Positions 40,307 through 52,815 of a stretch of 64,000 bases of DNA are shown here, one piece after another. The first letter of the stretch is position 1. Every line of letters starts with the position of its first letter. The stretch is from Paraspadella gotoi (taxonomy: Eukaryota > Animalia > Chaetognatha): the NCBI GenBank assembly GCA_051294375.1, contig CM119264.1:26908755-26972754 (forward strand). Direction: 5' to 3'. The notes below the pieces were generated by a model. That model was not told where the DNA came from and searched no databases. It saw nothing but the letters and a program-made list of their open reading frames with translations. The translations under genes were made by a program, and so were the position numbers.

Positions 40307-40450
40307 AATAGCGGAAAGGTATAAGTTTTTTTTATTGTCAACAACGATAATTTAATTTATTGTCCAATTTTACATTATAATCGAAACATGTCCAAATTCA
40401 ATTAAATTATCGTTGTTGACAATAAAAAAATCTTATACCTTTCCGCTATT
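40307..40450. mobile_element. Small palindromic MITE-like inverted repeat downstream of the SLC36 stop
   Basis: AATAGCGGAAAGGTATAAG-T(n)-ATTGTCAACAACGATAATTTAATT and its near-perfect reverse complement, ~50-bp arms. Confidence 0.8.
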
Positions 40451-40570
40451 CTCAAACGCAACGAAACGAAAGAAAATTACACAAAGTTTTACGAAAAAAA
40501 AAAATCCTGGAATGGTTTTTATTCGTTCCCTTCGATGTTCATTTGTTTCGCCGATTTTCTAGTTTAAACT

Positions 40571-43500
40571 TTAGCCGCCACACGATTCTGTTTTCGCTGC
40601 GAGGATTTCGTTGACGGAAGCGGTGGTTCCGACGAAGACGGCGAAGACGCTGAAGACGAGAAGTAGGGCGTCCAACCAGAGACGCCAGTTCAAACGCCCT
40701 GCTTCTTCGGGTCTTTGGGGAAGGGCGGGAGGAAGGGGAAATACGTATTTAAAAAAACGAGGCAGGGTAAAGTCATCGCCGAATTGTGAATTATTGTGAC
40801 ACCTTGGAATCCTACGTAACAAATCGATGACGATGGGGATTGTCACGGACAAAGGGCAACCGATGAGAATTCCAACCAGCGAGATGAAGGGGCCTGATTT
40901 TGAGAATGCAAAAGACGTTTCAGTTTTACGAATTGGAAAAATATTTACCCAATCATTAGTAATTTATGAAATAACAAGGAACGGTTATTCCAAGGTGTTG
41001 CGCGACGCGGCGCGGCGCCAGTAGTCGCTTAGATTTGATTTTTAACAAATGGGCAATAATCTATAAGCAAGTTATAAGCGCTTTTAACGTAAGTGGGACA
41101 GACCGATGGACAGACATACCGACGGACCGACCGACCGACCGACGGACGGACATCACTGCCATTACGATTAACTTACACCTTCAATCACAACCAAAACGAT
41201 TCACGTTGAGTTCGATCGTCTTCGGGACAACTCACCGATGTGCGGAAAAGCGGCGGCGATGACAGCGGAGCAGACGACGACGACGACTCTGAGGCCGAAG
41301 TCGCAGAGATCGAGGTGGCGATCGTCGACGATCCACTTCTTGACGCCGCCGAAGACAATCCCGTGAGCGACGAAGAACTGGATGGCGTAGGAGGAGACCA
41401 CCGCGCAGGAGAAGATGCCTTTGAGGCTGAAGGAGGAAGTAGGCAAGAAAGTTATAAAGAATTAGCAAACTCTTTTGTGGGAATTTTAAATAAATTTCTG
41501 GGGTTTATAAATACGTTTTTTGATACAAAATGAACTTTTACGATATGTACAGTGACTTATAAACGATTTCCGCATAGCTTGGCCGGGTTGAGGGTCCAAG
41601 CAAGGCAAAAAAAACCGTGTCTAAATGATTTTGTGAATTAGGTTTAAAAACAAACCCAAACAATCATTCATAAACTTACGACGAAACATTTTATACAATT
41701 AGAGGTTTATGGATCTAATTACTACCAATTATGTTACTATGGCAATGGGGGGGGTCATGTGTGATGCCTGGGGTGTGAGGCATCTCCCAACAGCTGGCGC
41801 TCAGGGCTTTGGACGAGCTGAGATTCACCAAGCTATGCGGAAGGCGAATTTAGGATTCGCCATATTACATATATTGCTCTGCAGCAAAGAGAGGCCTAAA
41901 TATAGTCGAACATTTCCTACAAATAAATAATAGGGCTGCGCATCGTTCGAATCGAAGTTCCGATCAAGTTCCTTTATATTTCACTTCTTTTCAAAACTGC
42001 ATAGTCAAGGCCAATATAAATTATATCAATATGGGTGAGTTTCGAAAGCTTGGCGTCTTGGGAAGCCAACGGAGGTAGAGCGCGATCGAAATTCCCATTT
42101 TATCATGCCCAAAAATGGTATTTAAATGAACTGGTCAGACCGTTTTTTCCCTTTTCCAAAAAACCTGCTTGATTTTTGTAAAATAGAACAAATCATACAT
42201 ATCAGTACGGTTTCGGATAGCTTATTGTCTTCTCTACTAGGTAAAAAAAAGAAAAGTTTAATTCTTGCAATCTTGAATGCCTGATAAAGCAATCAAATGA
42301 ACTGGTTTTTTAGGTGAAAACTGCATAGTCAAGCCTTCAATTTTTTTTTTGTTCTAAGACCATCGAAAGAAACTGTATTGTTTTTTACTATCTGTTTCAG
42401 GTAGAGCGCGGGGGTAAATTTAGAGAGTTTATATTAAATTTAGAGCAAATAGAAAGGATATCAAGTTTTTGCACCTAAAAGCTTTTTTAAGCGCGTTCCG
42501 GTCTGTATTGAGGACATCAATTAAAATTAAGCATTGATCATGCGCGATCCGGGCCAGATAAATACCATATTTCAACATGGCTTTACCGTATTTTTTACGT
42601 TTTAGAACGCAGTCTGTATGAAATTTTTGAATTTCACGCCTGTGATATTGGCGTTCTCGGCGTCGTTTGTCCCTTGTTAGTCTCTTTATCTTATCTCTTG
42701 AAGAGACATTAATTTTGTTATGTGATAGTGACAAACCGTTCAATAAAATCTTAAAAGCAATGGATCGAGCTTACTTTTAATGATAACCAAATATTGATGC
42801 GATGATAATCAAATATTGATGCGAAGATAACCGAAGGATTGATGCGATGATAACAAATGATGTATGCGATGATAGTCATTCATTGATGCGATGATAATCA
42901 TTCATTGATGCGATGATAGTCCTTCATTGATCGGATGATAATCATTCATTGATGCGATGATAGTCATTCATTGACGTGACGTGACTTTGAAAAAAGTATG
43001 CATATTTTAAAAAAGTATGCATACTTCAAAAAGTATGCATACTTTTTTCAAAGTATGCATACTTTTTTGAAGTATGCATACTTTTTTAAATATGCATTCT
43101 TTTTGAAGTATGCATACTTTTTTCAAATATGCATACTTTTTTTCAAAGTATGATACTTTTTTCAAAGTTGCATACTTTTTTCAAAGTTTGCATACTTTTT
43201 CAAAGTTGCATACTTTTTTGAAGTATGCATACTTTTTTAAAATATGCATACTTTTTCAAAATATGCATACTTTTTTCAAAGTATGCATACTTTTTTGAAG
43301 TATGCATACTTTTTTTAAAAATAGCATACTTTTTTAAAATATGCATACTTTTTTTAAAGTATGCATACTTTTTTAAAATATGCATACTTTTTTCAAAGTA
43401 TGCATACTTTTTTGAAGTATGCATACTTTTTTAAAATATGCATACTTTTTTCAAATTATGCATACTTTTTTCAAAGTTTGCATACTTTTTTCAAATATGC

Positions 43501-45919
43501 ATACTTTTTTGAAGTATGCATACTTTTTTTAAAATATGCATACTTTTTTCAAAGTATGCATACTTTTTTCAAAGTATGCATACTTTTTTCAAATATGCAT
43601 ATTTTTTCAACTTGCATATCTTTTTCAACTTGCATATCTTTTAACTTGCATATCTTTTTCAACTTGCATATCTTTTTCAACTTGCATATCTTTTTCACTT
43701 GCATATCTTTTTTCAACTTGCATACTTTTTAACTGATTACCGCTAAATTATCTTAGTCAAATCCGACATTGTTTGCTCAAACTTGTTCTATAATAAGCCG
43801 GATTCAGATATGACAATTTTAGATATTAAACTATCGTCTATTATTTTTAATTTTTTATTCATTGATCAATTTATTACACATTAATCATATATCTTTTAAT
43901 TATAGTTTTATTGCTATCATTTAAATCTGTTATCATAAATTAAAATGATTCAAAAATGAAAAATTAATCGTTAAGTGACAATAGTGAATTCTTAATTAGT
44001 TAGTTTAATAGTAGTTTTGCTGGTGAGATCAGTCAATATACTTTCAATTTATTACTTCTTTGGCTCTCTTGTCTTTTCCTTTTTTATTCTGTTATAATTA
44101 TGTTATTTTTGTGATGAATTTTGTAAGGATTCCTTTTTTTCCGGGCTTCGCTTATTCTATTTTCTCTTATGAGGCCGGTTCGCGCATAATCGCTATATCG
44201 GTTTAAAGCTTAGTACTATAGTACAGTAGTTCAAATCCTTATTGGATCAAACCGAGTTCGATTTTAAGCGAAAGTTGATCGATTTGAAGCGCGATTTTCG
44301 CGACTGTTTTTTATTGCCATAACTTTTGAACGGATTATCCGATTTTATAAAATTTTGCATATAGATAGTATTTTAAATTCCCTATCGATCGGTACCAAAT
44401 TTATTTAAAATACCACCAATAGTTAGAAACGATGCACATCCCCATATATAATTCGAGGATTACAATGATTTATTGAGTTATAAAATACCTATCATTAATC
44501 AGCCCTTTCGGCAAATTGAGAGTGATTGCTCGCAGCGAGTCTCGCCCGAATCTCAAGTAGCCAAAGAAAGCGAAGGAAAGTAGAGATGTGGCGCTCAACG
44601 TGATTCCGACGTTGGTGACGCCGAAAGGGGACGTCATCTCTTCGGGCAGCGCCATTTTGTTTTCCAAAGGCAAGACGACGACGGAACCTTGGCAAAAAAA
44701 ATTATAAGAGCTTGTTTGAATATGTTTAGAATAGATTTTGGTATTTTTTGACTTTTCTGTGCGTTTGGTTTTTTTAAGTTTTCTAAACAGAAACTAATTT
44801 AAAACTTAGTCTTGAGATCATAATCAAACATCTATCAGTGTTTAAACGTTCTTAACAGTAATTTATACAAGGCTTTTAAAATTAAGCATTTTCCCCACAC
44901 ATTCAAATATCAAACCACAATCATTTACCCTCGAAAGAAAAAATGAGCGTCGCAAAGAAGACTGGGTACTTAATCGGATCTGGAGCAACCATGTCCAATT
45001 CGCTCATCGGCAGAAAGTCTTGCAGCAAGAAAGCGAAGATGATGGTTGATGCAAGGAGTTGAACGGCGATGCCGACGCAAGATACGATCGCTAACAGTTC
45101 CACGTTGCGGACAAAGATGACCAAGATGATCAGAGGGAAGGTCAGGGAAATGTAAACCTGCACAGGCCAGGTGCAGTCGATAATTTCTCGAATGTTTTCG
45201 CCTGAAAAAGCACGTCTCAAGAATTATCTACTTTCAAATTAAAACTAAATAATAAAAAAAAAAACATCTTTCCTTACCAATAAATATAAAGTAAAAAATG
45301 AGAATCGACCATTGTTGCAGCAAAATCAGAGAGTTTAACATTTTGTGGGCAAATTTAGCGAATGGTGCACAGAAATTAGGACCGTAAGCAAATGCAAACT
45401 GGAACGTGTCCCCATAGTCTAGAGAGCCTCGTTCGGTTAATGCACAAAAAAACCTAAAAAAGAAAATATTTATACTTAATTGCAAATCGCGTTAATATTT
45501 ATGGATTATTCAAAATTTCACCTCGAGGCAGACACCAAGCAGTGCAAGCAGTAAATCAGCAGCAGGGAGTAGAGCGGAATCATCGCCCCGGCGACGAGCA
45601 GTCCGACGCGGGCGACGGCTGCGGGCAACGCCAACGTCGCGGGGCCGACGAAACATTTGACGAAATGCGCCAGGGTAGCGTGAGTGGAGATTCTGTCGGG
45701 CGGAGACGAAGTCGACGCCGATTCTCTCAAAGGATGGGCGTGGCGCGACTCTTCCGCCGAAATAGCATCGATCACGTCCAAGCCTAACAAACGTCTCGTC
45801 TCTGCTGCGACGTTAGAACTTTTTTCGCCGTTGAGGCCGACGTCGGGGACGCTGCCGCCGCAGCTGCCGCCACCGCTTCCGCCGCTGTCGCCGCTGCCGC
45901 CGCTGCTAGCGTTTTTCAT
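40571..45919 (-). CDS. SLC36A-like: SLC36/PAT-like proton-coupled amino-acid transporter (Aa_trans); exons 45919-45522, 45453-45278, 45201-44929, 44687-44489, 41426-41236, 40893-40571
   Basis: All five introns are GT-AG and phase-compatible. Motifs TLAHFVK..G...LALP, LDYGD, YPVFFATLIFSFE|GSVVVLPLENKM, FGYLRFG....ITLNLP, SYAIQFFV and PHI|GPFISLVG are characteristic of SLC36. Confidence 0.93.
40973..41152 (-). mobile_element. HINE-like element copy (partial) in the last SLC36 intron
   Basis: aacaaggaacggttattccaaggtgttgcg... and (GACC)n match the 34942 family. Confidence 0.7.
42780..42975 (+). repeat. ~22-bp minisatellite (attgatgcgatgataatcattc)
   Basis: About 9 tandem units. Confidence 0.9.
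42986..43732. repeat. ~21-bp minisatellite of the palindrome AAAGTATGCATACTTT, grading into an aacttgcatatctttttc variant
   Basis: Direct reading; explains ORFs 43110-43736. Confidence 0.95.
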
Positions 45920-46022
45920 TTTTCAACACCCACCTTCTTTTTAAAATTTTAGACAATGTTTTTTTAGTTGAATAAAACATAAAACATAAAATAGAATATA
46001 AACCATAACATAAAGCTTGCGG

Positions 46023-46494
46023 AAAGCTTGCAGGGACCCGCTATGTCATTATCTTGTAAGAGTGATGGAGGCCATAAACCACCAAAGCCTGTCCAAAGTC
46101 AGGGGCGAGATAGCTTATTTATTAAATGAATGGATAATTTTTATATTGGTTGTACCAATTTCATAAATTTTAGCTCCTTGTATTTTGATGCTGGACGGAG
46201 TACAATATAAATATATATACGATCTAATACTTAAGGGAGTGGTCTTTTCATACAATTGAAACATTCTTTAAAATATTATACCACTTCATTGATAGGGAAG
46301 CCACTTACTCTTGGAGTGAATAAACGAGACTGTGAGAGAGTCTTGATTGAAAGCTTGCAGGGACCTGCTATGTCATTATCTTGTAAGAGTGATGGAGGCC
46401 TTAAACCACCAAAGCCTGTCCAAAGTCAGGGGCAATATAGCTTATTTATTAAATGAATGGATAATTGTTATATTGGTTGTACCAATTTAATAAA
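46023..46494 (+). repeat. Two ~145-bp direct repeats (46023-46167 and 46350-46494) separated by ~180 bp
   Basis: aaagcttgcagggacc.gctatgtcattatcttgtaagagtgatggaggcc...atattggttgtaccaattt in both copies. Confidence 0.9.
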
Positions 46495-46701
46495 AAGTAA
46501 AATGTTTAAAAAAGCATTTCGGAAGAAAAATACAGTCGCCAAAAGTAGATTACATAATTTCAAATAATTTAAAACATTTGACGGAAAGAAACTCGTATTA
46601 AAAACTTTTTCGAAGGTCTATGTCGTAAGCTGTCTCTAGTTGATTTCAAATATCTACGTGGAACATTCGACCGAGATTTACTTTTTGTTTAATGAGATCT
46701 G

Positions 46702-46773
<72 letters not shown>

Positions 46774-47783
46774 TGGGAACAAAAGTTGAACAACAAGCGA
46801 ATTCAAATCTTGTTAACGACGGCGTTCTTCTTGTGACAAACAAGCGCTGTTCGGGGTCGAGCGCTTTATCGAAGATAGGCGCTCCAACGAAGAGAACCCT
46901 CTTCGCTTTTCTCATTCGCTAAAAATGAGCAAAAGAAATCCAGGAGACGCGAGAATTCCACGATTTGCATAAAAGAAGAATGAAAAGAGGAAAACCGTCG
47001 GGATTTCGGAACCGACGTCGTCTGAAAATCTAGATGAACGCGAGAGACGAGAGACGCGACCCTGCAGTGATTGAGGAGATAATGGAGCAGAAGGGAGACT
47101 AGAGACACGACAGACGCGAGCCGAGATAAAAGAGAGACGAGAGAGCAGACGCGTCGTCGGCCCCTGAGGTGACCGGCCCCGACGTGGACCGACATCGACC
47201 CGACGAGAATGCGTAACGCGGACGCGATATTTAGTCGAGAATGGCCCGACAATAGGAAAACCGGCCCGACAATGGGACATACCGGCTCTGCCCTCTGGAG
47301 GTTAAACGTTTGAAGAAAGAAAGAAAAAAGAAATACAGAAATAACGGGAAGGTCGCTAGAGGAGAATGGGGGGGCGGAAGAATGAGCGAGATAGAAGAAG
47401 AAAAGAAGAAATAGACTATTTAATAGTGGAAAAAGGAAAAGCGAAAGGCGAGGAAATAAAATGAAAATAGGTGAAAAATAGGGAGAAAAGAAAGTAATGT
47501 TCGCGCGAGAAATTAAGAAAAGGAAAAAAGAAAAAAATGTTGGTAAAAGATCAGGAGATATTAACGCAATGTATCAGAACTCCGTGACCGGAAAGATATA
47601 GGGTTTAACCTTGAAAAGGTTAAATTATTAGCGTCTTATTAAACACTAGACTCCACGAAACGGAAAAATTTCGGCGTAGTAGAATAAAAGTTTTTTGAAA
47701 TTAATTAGAAAAGCTTCGTTATCTTTTAATCAGTTGCTCTATTACTAAAAAGCAGAGCCAAACATTTTCCAAACGTTTTTTTA

Positions 47784-48482
47784 AACAAGAACGGTAATTC
47801 AAATGTGTTGCTCCGTAGTGACTGCGATATCACGTGTATTTCTTGTGACATGACTACATGACTACAATAACTTTCTTAGCTCATGTATTTCTGACACGCA
47901 CTGCATCGGAATTTTGTTTTTTATTCTTTATAGTTTTAGGATTTCCTGAAGGCGGCGATAGCAGTCCCTAAGATTTAAAGTTTTTTCCTGTCTTGACAAA
48001 TGTGTAACCAACTATATGCAAGTTATGAGCATTTTGAATGTAATTAGGACAGACCAATGGACAGACATACCGACCGTCGGACTGACCGATGGACCGACCG
48101 ACGGACCAACCAAAAAGTGACTTATAGATCTGCTCCACAAGTACTCAGGACACAACTAAAAATGAAAATTTCTAGGAATGATTTTCTTTTTGTTCATTTT
48201 TGTTGCACCACGAGTACTCGCAGAGTAACTCTATAAGTCACTTTTCGGTCAGTCGGTCCTTTGGTATGTCTGTCCGTCAGTCTGTTCCACTTTAAAAAGG
48301 AAAAACCTTCAAATCAAAATTCCGATGCAGTGCTTGTCATAAATACACGGCTCAGAGAGTTATGGTAGTCAATTAGTCATGTCATGTCACATCGTCATGT
48401 CATATAATGTCATGTCACAAGAGATACATGTGATAAGGCAGTCGCTGCGGCGCAACACATTTGAATTACCGTTCTTGTTTTT
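47784..48482. mobile_element. Head-to-head pair of HINE-like elements (47784-48161 minus, 48197-48482 plus)
   Basis: Both align to the 34942-35320 copy in opposite orientations. Confidence 0.75.
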
Positions 48483-49869
48483 ATAATATCCATTACTTTT
48501 TCGCGGCCATGTCCAATGGCATTGTCCATTGTCCAATGTTCATTTTTTAAATCTCTGTAGCTTGGTCCTCCGTGTTCATTTCGCTGTCATTGTAAACCGC
48601 ATGTTCTGTCACGGACGTTTTTTCACCATGGAGACCCGAGGCAAGAGGGGAGGGACGGGGGGGGGCGGCAGTCGGAAAGAGTTGGAAAGGTTTATCGAAG
48701 CGAGACGCCACAGCCTCATCCTCTTTGCATCCATAACTCAAGTAGGTGACGTCGTTGGGGCCTCGCTTACGAGGCTCACCCCTCACCGCTCACCACTCAC
48801 TGCCCAGCCATAAAAAATAACACCCTTCACCGCTCACCGATCGTCCGTTAGAACTCATCCATTAACCCTCACCCTCCCGGTTGATCGTCATTGTCGCAGC
48901 TCTTTATTCTTAACTCACCCTTGAACCTACCTTAACCCTAAACCCTAAACAAAACGCGCGATACATTCACTAAGACTTGCGCGGGTTGGATGGCGTTGTA
49001 ATTACTTGGAACCTAAGTTTGCTAGCGTTTTGGGTGGCATTTCGGCGTTGAGAATGGAATTGAAACAATTAACTCACCCAGTAATTCATATTATATATAT
49101 ATTATCGACCAAATTCTCATTTGCATTTTATAATATTTTGCTCACGATATGCTTTTTCTTTGAACATCTTTAGATTTTAACTATTATCACGTTTAAAGTT
49201 TTGTTGTTCTCTTTTTACAAAGATTTTAATAAAAACTGCCATTTCTTTTTGTGGGGTGTTAAAATTCAATTATTGATATTAATTTAATGCAGTGAATTCC
49301 AGTTCGATGGTTAATTGGTTATGTACTTCGCTCGAAAGGGAAGCTCGCAATACCGCAACTAAAAATAAAATATGCAATTGTATTTGAAGAAGAAAATTTT
49401 TGAGTACTTCACTCCTGGAGTACATCGACGATAAAATGAAAAAACGCCGGTGCGTTTGAAACCCGATTCCTCGAAAGCGCGTCTGCGGCGTCTCTCCACG
49501 TCATCTAAAACGCGCCGCCAGTTCGACGGCGCCGGTGCCAAAGAGCGCCCGCGGTTTTGATGCGCTCGTCAAACGGGTCTATTGGTGTTGATGGGGTCGC
49601 GCGCAGCTTCATGGTGCCCAGGATGTGCCAGGCCGTTGTTAGATAATCGAGACAAAGAGGTTTGAGAGATAGAGATAGAATAGAGAGAGAAAGAAAGAGA
49701 GAGAGAGAGTGTGTGAGTGAGAGAGACAGAGTGTAGAGAGAATAATGAGATAATGATATAACTACTGAGCGACGTCATCGCCAGTAAAAATTCTACGCAG
49801 TACATAGAAGTAAAAAAAAAATTCAACGATATACAATTGATCGCATTTACAACGCGTTCACTCTCTCTC

Positions 49870-49941
<72 letters not shown>

Positions 49942-50719
49942 CTCTTTTTCACGTTGGTGGATTTCGTCATTGGAAACTCCCTCTCTGCTGCGATAAAATG
50001 AAACGATAACAAAAGGGTGTTGCTCTGGTTGAGATAGAGACATAGAGAGAGAGAGAGGAAGAGAGAGAGAGAGAGACTGAGAGAAGAGAGATAGAGACGT
50101 AGATGACCGAGAGATGAGGAGGAGAAGAGATCGCTAAGGCAAATCATGAAGCGAGAAAAAAAGATGGTGAGAGCGGATAGGAGAGAGAAGAGAGAGATCA
50201 GAGACAACGGGGATGGTAACGAGGGCAGGTTTGATTGGGAACGGGAACGCTTTTCATGGACTTCTGGCCATCTGCTATTCAGAGCTGTGTGGCCTCTCGC
50301 GGTGCGAGCGCGTACCGACTCGTTCTCTTCTCTCTGCTCTCTCTCTACTGATCCTCTCTACTCTCTCCTCTCTCTCTCTCTCTCTCTCTTTCTTCTCGAT
50401 CTGCCGCCGCCGTCGCCGAAGAAAAGGATTCTTTATCAGACGTTAACTGGAAGAACGGGAGGAGAAAGAAAGAAAGAGAGAAAAAGTTAAGAAAAAAGAA
50501 AAAAGGAGAAAAAAGTATAAAAAGTAATAAAAAAAAGGAGATTAGGAAGTTTAAGAAGAATGTACGGAGAAGAGGGTTTAAATAGATTCAAACAATAAAT
50601 AAATTCGAAAACTTTCGAAAAAAAAAATACTAGAAATATACGTGAAGTTGAACGGCAAATTCCAACTCCCTAAACGATCCATAGAAGAATGCAAGGAAAA
50701 AAAAATGGAAGATGGAAAA

Positions 50720-51136
50720 AACAAGGAACGGTTATTCCAAGGTGTTGCGCCGCATTACTCTTCTTTTTACTTATCATATCATTTATTCCTTTTAGTTTAT
50801 AAGATTTCTTTGTTAGACATGATGTATTAACCTTTCTTTTTTGTTGTTAGTTTTAAGTTTTAAAGTTTTAATGATTTTTTACAACAAATAATAATAAAAA
50901 CAAATTTATTATAAAACTTTGTTTTTTCTACTAAAATTTTTTTAAAAACAAAAGGCGGCGCCAGTAGTCACTTAGATTTGATTTTTAACAAATGAGCAAC
51001 AAACTATAGACAAGTTATAAGTATATAAACGTAATTGGGACAGAGCGATGGTCAGATATACCGACAGACCGAGCGACCGACCGACCGAAATATGACTTAT
51101 AGAGTTGCTCCGCGAGTACTCGCGGCGCAACTAAAA
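50720..51136 (-). mobile_element. HINE-like element copy with an AT-rich insertion (~50756-50950)
   Basis: acaaggaacggttattccaaggtgttgcgccgc ... gacttatagagttgctccgcgagtactcgcggcgcaactaaaa. Confidence 0.75.
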
Positions 51137-51890
51137 ATGGAATGAGCCATAGAGACAAGGAGAGGAGAAAAAAGCACAGAGTGGCCATAATTTCCAAGTA
51201 AAAACCTCCTACGAGCCACCGAAACATTTTTTTGAGCGGAGGGGAAGGGATGGGGAGAAAAGGTAGGAGGGGACGGGGAAAGAAGGGAAGGGGACGGGGA
51301 GAANNNNNNNNNNNNNNNNNNNNNNNNNNNNNNNNNNNNNNNNNNNNNNNNNNNNNNNNNNNNNNNNNNNNNNNNNNNNNNNNNNNNNNNNNNNNNNNNN
51401 NNNNNNNNNNNNNNNNNNNNNNNNNNNNNNNNNNNNNNNNNNNNNNNNNNNNNNNNNNNNNNNNNNNNNNNNNNNNNNNNNNNNNNNNNNNNNNNNACGG
51501 GAAAGGGGAAAGGAACAAGAGGTCAGAGAACTAAAGGGGCAAGGAACAAGAGTCGAAAAAAGATAGAAAAAGGATAGAAACCAAAAAAAAGTGGAGGGAA
51601 GGGATTTTAAAGAAATAGATCGGGACCCGCGGATTCGCGAAGACGAAGCTTCTCCGAATATCAGTTAAACCCGGTTTTTTCTTTGGCACCGAAGTTCGTC
51701 GGCCGACGGGACGAGAGGTGGGAATCAGGGGGGCGTAAGGGGGGGGGGGAACGGTGTAACGACCGCGTTGTTTTTTTTCGAGAGGTGCTCGCTCTGTCTC
51801 TGTCTCTGTTCTATATCCGCTCTCTGTCTCTCTCTGGTGTGTGTATGTGTTTCTTTTTCTTTCTACTTATATGTCTTTCTCTCTCTTCGT

Positions 51891-51975
<85 letters not shown>

Positions 51976-52183
51976 CGGGCCACTAACACTGTCGATACGA
52001 AAGCTCATTTTTTAAATTGCCCCGTTTTTTTTCTCCAAAAGACTCAAATATTATTCATTCATTTCCGGCAAATGAAGATCCGCCTAAGCGCTCGGTTTTC
52101 CGGCAATGGCCCCATTAAACCGAGAAATGTCTCATTTTCCGTCTCGTCTGATCTGCGAATCTTGAGCTGAATGAGAAAGAGAG

Positions 52184-52252
<69 letters not shown>

Positions 52253-52317
52253 AGAGAGAGAGCGAGAGATCGGAAAAAACTTAAATTGATAAAAGAGATT
52301 GGATGGCTATCTCCCCC

Positions 52318-52366
<49 letters not shown>

Positions 52367-52689
52367 GGCTGGACTCATCAAGTCATCAACTCTTTTATCT
52401 CACTAGACTTTTTCTTTTCGGTCGCCGATTCCAGTTGACCAGATCCAATGTCCCCCTTTAACCCTTTATCCCTTTAACCCTTTAACCCTTTATCCCTTTA
52501 ACCCTTTAACCCTTTAACTTTTAAACTCTTCGAAAAGTTTCTGGATGTTTCTCGACACCCCTTCCCTAACGCCAAGCCATACATGTGTAAGATCACATCA
52601 CATTCTTATCACATTCAGCACTCCTTCCCTAAGTCGTCACGATTCCTTCACTCTCTCAATTTAACTTTTCACAGCACCCACTTTCCACT

Positions 52690-52815
52690 TTCCACTCTCC
52701 CACCCATTCCAACATCCCCTTCCACAATCCCACCCATTCCAACACCCCCTTCCACAATCCCACCCATTCCAACATCCCCTTCCACAATCCCACCCATTCC
52801 AACACCCCTTCCACC
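52690..52815 (+). repeat. 30-bp minisatellite (tccacaatcccacccattccaacatcccct) x4
   Basis: Direct reading. Confidence 0.9.

Larger units (their letters stand above)
41931..44444. mobile_element. Non-autonomous hAT-like element carrying internal minisatellites, in SLC36 intron 4
   Basis: TIR TAGGGCTGCGCATCGTT vs reverse complement TGGGGATGTGCATCGTT (14/17); AT-rich imperfect flanking duplication (taaataat / tatataat). Confidence 0.55.

Noticed and set aside
42780-43732. CRISPR-like appearance of palindromic repeats
   Set aside because: No unique spacers, no cas genes, eukaryotic intron; it is a minisatellite.
48915-48950. CCCTAAA repeats (also cccttta repeats at ~52453-52520) as telomere remnants
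   Set aside because: Too short and heterogeneous to call.
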